Shown piece by piece: positions 8,051-17,761 of a stretch of 64,000 nucleotides of DNA; position 1 is the stretch's first letter, and the number at the start of each line of letters is the position of its first letter. Made by a program: the position numbers and the translations under genes. Source of the stretch: an uncultured Gemmatimonadales bacterium (GTDB lineage: Bacteria > Gemmatimonadota > Gemmatimonadetes > Gemmatimonadales > GWC2-71-9). The notes under the pieces are model-generated. The model saw nothing but the letters and a program-made list of their open reading frames with translations. It made no database searches and had not been told where the DNA came from. The DNA is taken from contig CAVSLV010000001.1 of the NCBI GenBank assembly GCA_963728915.1, positions 640,001-704,000 of the forward strand. Reading direction: 5' to 3'.

Positions 8051-8183
8051 CCTATCGCAGGGTGAAAATCCTCCACCGGTTGCAGCACACCCAGAATCGA
8101 GTGCATCGATATCTGATAAATGACTTTAGTACAGCTGTCTAACATATTGTTATCAATAGTGTTAAACGACATTAAGGAATCGG

Positions 8184-8199
8184 TGGCATTGTCGTTGCT
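8184..8199 (+). promoter_or_regulatory. Putative sigma-54 (-24/-12) promoter of the pilin gene
   Basis: TGGCATTGTCGTTGCT is GG-N10-GC, about 60 nt before the pilin ATG. An AT-rich tract (about 8105-8180) lies upstream. Confidence 0.6.
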
Positions 8200-8259
8200 C
8201 CTCGGATGCGCCGGCCTGCAAGGGGCCCGTTCAATCCATTCGGGGGAATAGGGGAAATC

Positions 8260-8649
8260 ATGAGGCGACGTTGCCGTCGAGGGTTTACCCTCATCGAGCT
8301 GCTCATCGTGGTGGTGCTCATTGGGATTCTGGCGTCGATTGCCATTCCCAAGCTGGCCGCAACCAAAGACAAGGCCAAGCTGGCCACGGTGAAATCCGAC
8401 GTCCGGAATATCATTTCCGCCGAGGAGGCCTACCTCTCCGATTACAATGTGTACGCCAACTGGAATCAGCTGCGCAACCGGACCAACAGCAGTCTCTCCA
8501 ACGGCAACACCGCCGCCATCACCTCCAACGCCAGCGGCTTCACCGCCACGGTGACCAATAGCTCGATTGCCAAGGGATTCAAGAAGTGCAAGGTCCGGGT
8601 CGGGGCGGGGGCCACGGCCGGCGTGGACGGGGTCCTGGTTTGCTCCTGA
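8260..8649 (+). CDS. Type IV pilin-like protein (prepilin N-terminal cleavage/methylation domain)
   Basis: RRG|FTLIELLIVVVLIGILASIAIP and a C-terminal Cys pair. Confidence 0.92.
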   Translation: MRRRCRRGFTLIELLIVVVLIGILASIAIPKLAATKDKAKLATVKSDVRNIISAEEAYLSDYNVYANWNQLRNRTNSSLSNGNTAAITSNASGFTATVTNSSIAKGFKKCKVRVGAGATAGVDGVLVCS

Positions 8650-8711
8650 GCAGGACCGGGGACGCGGCGTTATGATCTTTTCACGCCGCGCTCCCGCATC
8701 AGGAGGCCACC

Positions 8712-11700
8712 ATGCCGGTCCCTCGGCCCGTCCTCGGGCGACCCATCCTTATACTGTTCAGCTTCCTCCAGCTCGCCACTCCACTCAGCAGCCAGCAGCG
8801 CCGACCTACCCGCCCCGCGACTCCGGCGCCTAACCCGATCGATCCGGCGTCCTACGCGGCGCTCCAATACCGGCATCTCGGGCCGGAGGGGAATCGTCTG
8901 CCCGCCGTCGCGGGCGTCCCCGGCGATCCCTTGACCTATTACGCCGGAGCCGCGTCGGGCGGGATCTGGAAGAGCACCGATGGCGGCGTGCACTGGCAGC
9001 CGATCTTCGATGGGGAGCCGGTGTCTTCCATCGGCGCTCTTGCCGTGGCGCCCTCGGATCCCAATGTGGTCTGGGCCGGCACCGGGGAGCCCTTCATCCG
9101 GAGTCACATCTCGATCGGCTGGGGCGTGTACAAGTCCACCGATGCGGGAAAGACCTGGAACAGGATGGGGCTGGAGCGGACCGGTCGCATTGCCCGGATC
9201 GTGATCGATCCGAGGAACCCGGAGGTGGTGCTGCTCGCCGCGCTGGGCCATGCCTACGGACCCCAGCCGGAGCGCGGGGTCTTCCGCACCACCGATGGCG
9301 GGAAGACCTGGGAGAAGGTCCTCTTCGTGAACGACAGCACCGGAGCCATCGACCTGGTGATGGATCCCTCCAATCCCCGGATCCTGTACGCGGCCACCTG
9401 GCAGATCGAGATCCATACCTGGGGCCGCACCAGCGGCGGTCCCGGCAGCGGCATCTGGAAGAGCACCGACGGGGGCACCACCTGGAAGCGGCTCGAGGCC
9501 CATGGTCTTCCGACCAAGCCGTTCGGCAAGGTTGGACTCGCGGTGGCCCGCAGCAATCCCAACCGGATCTACGCGCTGATCGAGACCAGCGACGGGGTTC
9601 CGGTTCCCGGATTCGAGCCAGAGCGGGGCGAGCTCTGGCGCTCCGATGACGCGGGCGCCACCTGGAAAGTGGTGAGCTACGACCGCCAGCTCGCCGGGCG
9701 CACCCAGTATTACACCCGCCTGGCCGTGTCGCCCGACAACCAGAACGAAGCCTATTTCCTGGCCGGCGATTACAGTCGCACCCTCGACGGTGGCGCCACC
9801 ACCGTCGACGTGCCATTCGACGAGCAACCCGGCTGGGATTACCACGACATCTGGATCGATCCCACCAACCCGAATCGCATGGTGGTGGGAAGCGATTGCT
9901 GCGTATCGGTCTCGGTCACCCGGGGTAAGACCTGGCTCCAGACCAATCTGCCCGTCGCCCAGATGTATCACGTGACCGTGGATAACCAGGTTCCCTATTA
10001 CGTGTACGGCAACCGGCAGGATGGGCCGTCCGCCATGGGACCGAGCAACAGCAAGACCGGCGGCATCTTCGGACCGGGCAATATCACCCGCGGGATGTGG
10101 GGGACGGTGGGGGGCGGCGAAAGCGGGTGGGCCACCCCGGATCCCGAGGACCACAACACGGTTTGGTCGAGCGCTTCGGGCTCGGGCGCGGGGGGCGGCA
10201 TCGTGGTCAAGTACGACGCCCGCACCGGCACCCTCCGGAACGTCGAGGTCTGGCCCGAGGCGCCGTTCGGGTTTGCCGCCAAGGATCTCAAGTACCGGTG
10301 GGTCTGGAATTTTCCCCTGACCATCTCGCCGCACGATCACAACAAGATCTACGTCGGGAGCCAGTACGTGCACGCCACCACGAACGGTGGTCAGAGCTGG
10401 CAAGTCATCAGCCCCGACCTCACCCGGAACGACCGGAGCAAGATGGGCAGCTCGGGCGGCCTCACCCCCGACAACATCGGAGTCGAGTATGCCGGGGTGG
10501 TATTCGCCATCGCGGAGTCGCCCCTGGACGCCGGGCTCATCTGGGCCGGCAGCAACGACGGCCTGGTGCACGTCACGCGGGACGGCGGGAAGACCTGGAC
10601 CAATGTGAGCGCGAATATTCCGGGCCTTCCCGATTGGGCCACCATCGCCACCATCCAGCCCTCGCACTACGACACCGGTACCGCGTATCTCGCCGTCGAT
10701 GGCCACCAGGCCAATAACCGGGACCCCTGGGTCTACAAGACCGCCGACTACGGCAAGACCTGGCGCCTGATCACCAGCGGGTTGGAGAAGACTCCGCTGA
10801 GCTACGCCCACGTGGTGCGGGAGGATCCGGTGCGGAAGGGCCTCTTGTATCTGGGGCTCGAGAACGGGCTCTTCGTCTCCTTCGACGACGGGGAACACTG
10901 GCAGCCCCTCCAGACCAACCTTCCCCACGCGCCGGTGTACGAGATCATGGTGCAGGAACACTTCCACGATCTGGTGGTGGCGACGTACGGGAGAGGCATC
11001 TGGATTCTCGACGACGTGACCCCGCTCGAGCAGCTCACGCCGGAGGTGGCGGCCAAGCCGGTCCACCTCTTCACCCAGCGGCCCGCCTACCGGTTCCGGC
11101 TGGTCGAAGCGCCGTACGCCGCGCTCTACGATCCGGTGGAAGGCAAGAACCCGCCCTATGGCGCCGATATCAACTACTGGCTCGGCGCCGATGTTCCGGA
11201 CAGCGTGACGCTTACCATCGCCGATGTGGGCGGAGCCGCCGTTCGCACCCTCAAGGGCCCAGGCACCAAGGGACTGCACCGGGTGATGTGGAACCTTCTG
11301 GGCGAGCCGACCAGGACGGGGCGCCTCCATACCGCGCCACTCTACTCGCCCGGATATCGAGGTGCCCGATACCGGCCGAGCTCCCCCGGATTTTGGCCGC
11401 CTCAGCATTCTGGTGCCCCCGGGGACCTACACCGTCAAGCTCAAGGCCGGCGACCAGGAGATGAGTACGCCGCTGGTGGTCCTGAAGGATCCCAACTCCG
11501 GGGGAAGCGAGGCCGGCATTGTCGCCCAGACCGCGCTGCTCAAGGAGATTGCGACCCGGGTGAATGACGGCGTGGAGATGGTGAACCGGCTCGAAACCGT
11601 GCGAGCCCAGCTCGCCGCCCTGCGCAATACCCTGCGAACCGATTCGGCCCGGCAGGACGTGCGCACGGCCGCCGATTCCCTCGATGCGAAGCTGGTCGGC

Positions 11701-11982
11701 GTGGAGGGTGAGCTGACCCAGTTGCTGGAAACGGGGCGAGGTCAGGACGGGGTGCGGTATCCCACCAGGCTGATCGGCCAGCTCATGTACCTGGCCGGCG
11801 GGATATCGGCCGGCGAGTTCGAGCCCACCGACCAGCAACGCGAGGTGTACCAGATGCTGAGTGGGAAGATCGCCGCGCAGCGCGGCGCGTTCGACCGCCT
11901 GATGGCCCAGGACGTGTCGACCTTCAACGCCATGCTCCGGCAGCGGAATCTCGCGGGTGTGATCGTCACCGCGCCCTGGTGA
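8712..11982 (+). CDS. Secreted BNR/VPS10(sortilin)-repeat beta-propeller glycosyl-hydrolase-like protein; apparent +1 frameshift at about 11349-11351
   Basis: Signal peptide and many S/T-x-D-G-G-x-T-W Asp boxes. ORFs 8712..11567 and 11362..11982 join as YSP-DIEVPD..VPPGTYTVKL if one C is removed. Confidence 0.8.
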
Positions 11983-12731
11983 CGAGCGATTTCGAAGGCC
12001 GGGTCGCGCTGGTTACCGGCGCGGCCAGGGGCCTGGGCCGGGCGGCCGCCTCGCGGCTACTCGAGCGGGGAGCCGCGGTCGCGATTCACGTCCGGGACCG
12101 GCAGCGAGCGGAGGAAGTGGTTCGTGACCTGGGCGGGGCAGCGAAGTGCCTCCCGGTCTCCGGTGATCTGGAAGACGAGGCGGTCCCCCAGCGGCTGGTC
12201 CGCGAGGCGCTCGACCGTTTTGCCCGACTCGATATCCTGGTCAACAACGCGGCGCTTCCGTTCACCACCCGGTTCGAGCAGATCTCCCCCGAGGAATGGC
12301 GACGCGCTCTGGCGGTGAATCTCACCGCGCCATTCCTCCTGACCCGCGCGGCGCTTCCCGCGATGAAGGCGCAGGCCTACGGCCGGATCGTCAATATCTC
12401 CTCCACCGCGGGCCGCATGGTGTCCACCCTTGGCGGCGCGCACTACACCACCACCAAGACCGGTCTCCTCGGCCTAACCCGCGCGGCGGCAAAAGAGCTG
12501 GGTCGCTACGGCATCACGGTCAATGCGGTGTGCCCGGGGATGATCGATACCGAGCTGACCCGGGAGAGCGCCTCGGAGGAGCAACTCGAACGGTTCGCGA
12601 GAGGGTACCCGGTTCCCCGGCTGGGAACCGCGGGGGAAGTCGCCGATCTGATCTGTTTCGCCGCTTCGGAGGCCGCGGGGTACATCACCGGCGCGGTCTT
12701 CGACATCAACGGCGGCGACCTCATGATGTAG
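11979..12731 (+). CDS. SDR family NAD(P)-dependent oxidoreductase (FabG-like)
   Basis: TGAARGLG, NNA, YTTTK catalytic motif and ITVNAVCPG. Confidence 0.92.
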   Translation: MTSDFEGRVALVTGAARGLGRAAASRLLERGAAVAIHVRDRQRAEEVVRDLGGAAKCLPVSGDLEDEAVPQRLVREALDRFARLDILVNNAALPFTTRFEQISPEEWRRALAVNLTAPFLLTRAALPAMKAQAYGRIVNISSTAGRMVSTLGGAHYTTTKTGLLGLTRAAAKELGRYGITVNAVCPGMIDTELTRESASEEQLERFARGYPVPRLGTAGEVADLICFAASEAAGYITGAVFDINGGDLMM

Positions 12732-12744
12732 GAAGGGAGTCCTC

Positions 12745-13980
12745 ATGAAGGAGAGCACCCGCGTCCTGGTGGCGCTGGTGGCGGGCCTGGTGCTGGGAGC
12801 GATCGTGGCCGCCCTGGGAACGCCCAGCCTGCTTCGCGCCGCCGAAGCGGTTGGGGTCGTGGGGACTATCTGGATCAACGCCATCCGGATGACCATTATC
12901 CCGCTCGTCGTGTCGTTGCTCATCACCGGCGTGGCGGGCGCGGCCGATCTCCGGGCCATCGGCCGGATCGGGGGACGAAGTCTCCTGACCTTCGTGCTGC
13001 TCCTCATCGGGACGGCGATCGTGATCATGCCGCTCGCGGTGCTGGTTTTTTCCCTGGTCCCGCCCCTGGCGATTCGCCCCGAGCTCCCCGCCGGCGCAGT
13101 CGAGGCAGCAGGCCAGATCACCGGGAGCGCGCAGCCCACCGGTCTCGGCTCGTGGCTCGTATCCCTGCTCCCAACCAATCCGATCGCTGCCGCGGCCAAC
13201 GGGGCCATGCTCCAGTTGATTCTCTTCACCCTCATTCTGGCCCTGGCGATCGCGCGGAGCGGCGCGGCCGCCCGGGAGACCCTGCTTGGCTTCTTTCGCG
13301 CCTTGAGCGAAGCGATTCTCGTCATTGTGCGCTGGGTCGTCGCTCTGGCGCCCATCGGGGTATTCGCCCTGGTGCTTCCCCTCGCCGCGCGGGGCGGAGC
13401 CGGGACGGCGGGCGCCGTCGGGCTCTACGTCGTGATCTATTCCGCCGGCAGCCTGCTCGCGGTGCTTCTCCTCTACCCGGCGGTGCGGCTCGCCGCCGGC
13501 GTTTCGATGCGCCGTTTCGCCCGGGCCCTGTTCCCGGCCCAGACGGTGGCGTTCGCCTCTTCCTCGTCGATCGCGGCACTCCCCGCCCTGGTCGAAGGAG
13601 CCGAACAGAAACTCGAGCTGCCCGAGCGGGTCAGCGGGTTCGTGCTGCCCCTCGCCGTTTCCATGTTCAAGATCGCTGCGCCGGTCTCCTGGACCATCGG
13701 GGCACTCTTTCTCGGATGGTTCTACGGCATCCCCCTGGGTATTGGAGCGCTGGCCACTATCGCGTTTGCCGCGGTTTTTCTGGCTTTCGCGGCTCCGGGA
13801 GTTCCCCGAGGCGCCTGGCTGCTGCTGACCCCGCTGCTGGTGCAGATCGGTCTGCCGGCGGAAGGTGTCGGGATCCTGATTGCGGTGGATGCCATTCCCG
13901 ATCTCTTCGCTACGGTATTGAATGTGAGCGGCGACATGGCGGCCGCCGCCATCGTGGCACGACCGTTCAGGCAGCCTTGA
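12745..13980 (+). CDS. Dicarboxylate/amino acid:cation symporter (DAACS, GltP-like)
   Basis: Multiple TM helices, AFASSSSIAALP and IAVDAIPDLFATVLNVSGD. Confidence 0.9.
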   Translation: MKESTRVLVALVAGLVLGAIVAALGTPSLLRAAEAVGVVGTIWINAIRMTIIPLVVSLLITGVAGAADLRAIGRIGGRSLLTFVLLLIGTAIVIMPLAVLVFSLVPPLAIRPELPAGAVEAAGQITGSAQPTGLGSWLVSLLPTNPIAAAANGAMLQLILFTLILALAIARSGAAARETLLGFFRALSEAILVIVRWVVALAPIGVFALVLPLAARGGAGTAGAVGLYVVIYSAGSLLAVLLLYPAVRLAAGVSMRRFARALFPAQTVAFASSSSIAALPALVEGAEQKLELPERVSGFVLPLAVSMFKIAAPVSWTIGALFLGWFYGIPLGIGALATIAFAAVFLAFAAPGVPRGAWLLLTPLLVQIGLPAEGVGILIAVDAIPDLFATVLNVSGDMAAAAIVARPFRQP

Positions 13981-14011
13981 CGAACCGGGCTGGATTCGTC
14001 ATGTATTGATC

Positions 14012-14584
14012 ATGGCGGAATCCGGATCTCCCTCCCTGATCGAGCGTCTCAACACCACCTGGCACCGGCCGGCGCTCTTCATTTTCCTCGCGATCGTGAT
14101 CGCCCACTGGGCCGAACATATCGCCCAGGCTTATCAGGTGTACGTCCTTGGCTGGGCCATGCCCAGGGCGCTCGGTGTCCTCGGGCTCTGGTTTCCCTGG
14201 CTGATCCGCTCCGAATCGCTGCACTACGGATATGCGGTGGTGATGCTGGCGGGGCTGTGGTTTCTCCGGAAGGGCTTTCATGGACGGGCCTACACCTGGT
14301 GGATGATCTCCTTCTGGATCCAGATGTGGCACCACTTCGAGCACGGCCTCCTCTTCGTGCAGGCGACCACCGGTCACAACTTCTTCGGGGCCGCGGTTCC
14401 CACGAGCGTCGGCCAGCTCTTCATCCGGCGGATGGAGCTACACCTGATTTACAACACTCTGGTCTTCATTCCGATGGTCGTCGCGATGTGGAAGCACCGC
14501 TATCCCGGCAAGGCCGAAGCGGGAGCGGCTCGGTGCAGCTGTGCGGTCCATCGTGATCACGCCCTCGCCGCTTCGACCGCCTGA
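14012..14584 (+). CDS. Hypothetical His-rich 4-TM membrane protein
   Basis: Hydrophobic helices carrying HWAEH, ESLHYGY, WHHFEH and ELHLIYN; coding-like codon usage. Confidence 0.7.
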   Translation: MAESGSPSLIERLNTTWHRPALFIFLAIVIAHWAEHIAQAYQVYVLGWAMPRALGVLGLWFPWLIRSESLHYGYAVVMLAGLWFLRKGFHGRAYTWWMISFWIQMWHHFEHGLLFVQATTGHNFFGAAVPTSVGQLFIRRMELHLIYNTLVFIPMVVAMWKHRYPGKAEAGAARCSCAVHRDHALAASTA

Positions 14585-14596
14585 AGCGACTCCTTC

Positions 14597-15895
14597 CTAG
14601 AAGCTGAAATCCAGGCCGGCGGTCCAGATCAGGCCGGCCTGCAACCCACCGCGCCGAAGCGGCACCACCGCGTTGGTGGTGAGAATCGGCCCTCCCGGCG
14701 TCCGGAACCGGAAGCCCAGGGACCCGTTCACCCGGTGGTCCCGCATCTCGGGAATATTGGAAAGCTGCACGGTGCGCTGCACCGGGTATTCGAAGGTGAT
14801 GCTGCTTGGCAGGGTGAGCGCGTTGGGGCCGGTTTCCCATTCCGAGATGACGTCCACCGCGAGGGTGGCCCACGACGCCATCAGCTCGTCGAATCCCGCC
14901 GTCGCGAGGAACGCGTCATTGAGGCCCCGTCCACCCCGCACCGCGTATCCAAGGTTCAGGTGCGAGGAGAAGTTTCCGAACTGGCCCGCGCCGATCAACA
15001 GTCCCCGGAAGCCCAGATGCCCGGACCCGGTGAGGTCCTCCTCCGACCCGGTGGGGAGCCGGGTATCGGCCATGATCGCGACCCGGAACGGCTCGGTGTT
15101 GAGCAGCGTGGCCTTGATCCGCAGCGCGATATCGCCGATCCCGGTCTCCGACCCGAACGTAGCCGCGTTGGCGGTGAGGACCGGATTGCTCGAATCCCCC
15201 GCGAAGAAGTGGGAGGTCGGGATCCCGAAGGGCAGGAACTGCCCGACGCTCCGTCCCGACAGGGAGCTGTGCACCACCGGCACCGCCACGCTCACGTCCA
15301 CCCGGTCGTTCACGCCGTAGGTCGCGAAGAAGGTGGACACCAGCAGGTTCACGTTGAGATCGAGCCGGACCTGCAGCAGGTCGTTCTCGCGGACCGGCTG
15401 GCCTAACCCGGCGGGCGGGACGTCCTGGTGGGTGAAGGTGAGGATCAACCCTTCGAGCGGGACCCCCCGGAGGGAGGTGAAGGCGATCCCGGTGAGATTC
15501 GCTCCGGTGACGAACCGGCCCTTGCCGATGGTCTGGGCCCGCTCGCCGAAAATCGGGCCCAGCGAGGTGGAGGTCTTGACCGGCAGTCCTCCGGCGAACG
15601 TGTAGGTAATCCCGCTGCCCGAGGCCGGCAGAGGGAAGTTGGAGGCGGTCGAGGAGATCGCGTCGTTCAGAAAGGTGATCAGCGCGCCATTGCTCGCCGC
15701 TACATCGGGGAGGAAGTGATCTCCGTGGCCGTTGGTCGCGTTGACCGAATTGTCGAGGCAGAGCGGTTTGCCGCAGGAACCGAAGCTGAAGAGATCCTGG
15801 AGCCGGTCCCGAAGATGTCCGGAAGTCTGCTGGGCGGAAAGCGGCGCCGCGGAGAGGAAGGCCAGGAGCGATAACGCGAGACGGCGACTGGACAT
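14597..15895 (-). CDS. Hypothetical exported protein, probable outer-membrane beta-barrel
   Basis: Signal peptide (..APLSA|QQ), amphipathic beta strands, GIGDIALR and C-terminal GLDFSF. Confidence 0.7.
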   Translation of the reverse strand: MSSRRLALSLLAFLSAAPLSAQQTSGHLRDRLQDLFSFGSCGKPLCLDNSVNATNGHGDHFLPDVAASNGALITFLNDAISSTASNFPLPASGSGITYTFAGGLPVKTSTSLGPIFGERAQTIGKGRFVTGANLTGIAFTSLRGVPLEGLILTFTHQDVPPAGLGQPVRENDLLQVRLDLNVNLLVSTFFATYGVNDRVDVSVAVPVVHSSLSGRSVGQFLPFGIPTSHFFAGDSSNPVLTANAATFGSETGIGDIALRIKATLLNTEPFRVAIMADTRLPTGSEEDLTGSGHLGFRGLLIGAGQFGNFSSHLNLGYAVRGGRGLNDAFLATAGFDELMASWATLAVDVISEWETGPNALTLPSSITFEYPVQRTVQLSNIPEMRDHRVNGSLGFRFRTPGGPILTTNAVVPLRRGGLQAGLIWTAGLDFSF

Positions 15896-15927
15896 GCGCG
15901 GGCCCCGGTGAAGGATGGTGGTTCGAT

Positions 15928-17715
15928 CTAGCTGCCCAGCCTCATCAGCCTCCACACCCCGGCTTGCCGCTCCAGGCGGGCGTGCAGGTTGACTGCCTGC
16001 TCGGACTCGCGCTCGCGCGGGGCGGTTACCACGTTGGCGCCGGTAATGTGCGCCGTCGCGACATCCCCGTCCACACTCACACTGCCGATGCTCCAGCGGG
16101 TTCGCATGCCGCCGCCCGCACGCCAGAACGCCTGAAGTCCCTGGCGCTGGTCCTCCGGCATCCCGGGAAACATTCGCCGTGCGCCGTTCATGTCGCCGGC
16201 CTCGAGGGCGCGAGCATACCCGGCGATCGCCGCAACGACCGCCCCGGAATCGGCGGTGAAGCGGGCCGCCGCGAGCGCCGCAGCCGCCTCGGCCGGGCTT
16301 CGTTCCGGGGTGGTCGCGGGGGCCGGAGCGGGAGCGGTCACGACCGCGGGCGGCGGTGGGGGCGGGGGGGCAGGCGCGGTTGGAATGATCGCCGCCGGCG
16401 GGGCCGCGGCCGCGGCCGCGGCCGCGGCCGGCGCCGGGGAGGGGGAGGGGGAGGGGGACGGCCGTTCCGGGTTAGGCTTCCGGGGCGCGGCGCCGGTCGG
16501 CTCCGAGCGGGTCTGGGGTGGAGTCGGGGGAACGACCGGCGGCGCCGAGGGAGGCACCCTGGCCTCCGTTTGGGTGGCCGGCTCGACCGGCCCGCGCTTG
16601 CCACCGGCCCACACCGCGTACCCTCCGATGCCGGCGGCGAGCACCACCGTGCCCAGAAGAACAGGCCCGACCCATTGCCGCGATGGCGCGGGGTCGGAAG
16701 GCTTCTTGCGATGGAGTGGGATCGGGCTCCGCGGGGTCTGCACCCGCGACGCCACGTGGTTGTTCGCACCGGTGCGGGCCAGGAGAATGAGCTGGGTCCG
16801 GGTCGGATCATCGTGGGCGAGCTGCTGGGCTCCGATCGCCGCGATGGCGTCCTCCATGCTTGGAAAGCGCTCCTTCGGATCCTTGGCGAGCATCCGGAGG
16901 ATGGCCTGCCGGAGAGGCGCGGGACAGTCGGGTCGCAACGTCTCGAGCGGTGGCGGGGCATCACGGAAATGACTGAAGAGCACCGCCATCATGTTCGGCC
17001 CGGAAAAAGGAGGCCGTCCAGTGAGCATCTCGTAGGCGACCACGCCGAGGGAATACTGATCCGAGGCCCCGGTGATCTCGCCGCCGGTACACTGTTCCGG
17101 GCTCATGTAGGTCGGGGTACCGACCGTCGCTCCGGAGATGGTCAAGCCTTCCGATTCGCTGACCTTGGCGATCCCGAAATCCGTGACGATCGCCCAGCCC
17201 TCCTCGTCGATCAGGATGTTGCTGGGCTTGATATCCCGGTGCACGACGCCGCGGCGATGGGCGTAGCCGAACGCGCCGCCCACCTGCGCCAGGATCGCTT
17301 CCACCATGGTGATCGGAAGCTGGCCCAGCTCCTGAATCACCGAATCGAGCTGGGTCCCCTCGACCAGTTTCATGACAAAGAAGAGCAGGCCCTCCGCTTC
17401 CCGGACGGCATAGATCGGAATGATGTTGGGATGGGAGAGGCTGGCGGATGTCCGAGCTTCCCGCTTGAAGCGCTCGATCATCCCTGGTCCGAGACCGAGC
17501 GCGGGCGCCATCACCTTGATGGCAACCTTGCGGTCGAGTGCGAGGTCGTGCGCCAGGAACACCGTCGCCATGCCGCCGCGGCCCAGCTCGGCGCCGATGT
17601 CGTACTCACCCAGGGTCGCGTGGCGGAGCTGCTCCAGGAGCCGCGCCTGGCTCCCATCCGCGAATGGGCGCGCCCCGCCCTCGGTGGAAAGGTTTTCCTG
17701 GACCGAATCAGCCAT
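15928..17715 (-). CDS. Membrane-anchored Hanks-type Ser/Thr protein kinase
   Basis: LGRGGMATV, VAIK, HRDIKPSN, DFG and GTPTYMSPE, then a TM helix, a Pro/Ala linker and a C-terminal extracytoplasmic domain. Confidence 0.95.
   Translation of the reverse strand: MADSVQENLSTEGGARPFADGSQARLLEQLRHATLGEYDIGAELGRGGMATVFLAHDLALDRKVAIKVMAPALGLGPGMIERFKREARTSASLSHPNIIPIYAVREAEGLLFFVMKLVEGTQLDSVIQELGQLPITMVEAILAQVGGAFGYAHRRGVVHRDIKPSNILIDEEGWAIVTDFGIAKVSESEGLTISGATVGTPTYMSPEQCTGGEITGASDQYSLGVVAYEMLTGRPPFSGPNMMAVLFSHFRDAPPPLETLRPDCPAPLRQAILRMLAKDPKERFPSMEDAIAAIGAQQLAHDDPTRTQLILLARTGANNHVASRVQTPRSPIPLHRKKPSDPAPSRQWVGPVLLGTVVLAAGIGGYAVWAGGKRGPVEPATQTEARVPPSAPPVVPPTPPQTRSEPTGAAPRKPNPERPSPSPSPSPAPAAAAAAAAAPPAAIIPTAPAPPPPPPPAVVTAPAPAPATTPERSPAEAAAALAAARFTADSGAVVAAIAGYARALEAGDMNGARRMFPGMPEDQRQGLQAFWRAGGGMRTRWSIGSVSVDGDVATAHITGANVVTAPRERESEQAVNLHARLERQAGVWRLMRLGS
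16401..16460. repeat. Coding hexamer repeats (GCGGCC)n and (GGGGAG)n in the kinase linker
   Basis: They encode poly-Ala and (SP)n on the minus strand. Confidence 0.8.
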
Positions 17716-17761
17716 GGCAGGGGAACACTAACCAATCCTCCCTGCCCCTGCTCGCTCCGGG

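Noticed and set aside
16401..16460. Short tandem repeats as a CRISPR or contingency locus
   Set aside because: They are in-frame hexamers encoding a Pro/Ala/Ser linker, with no spacers and no cas genes.
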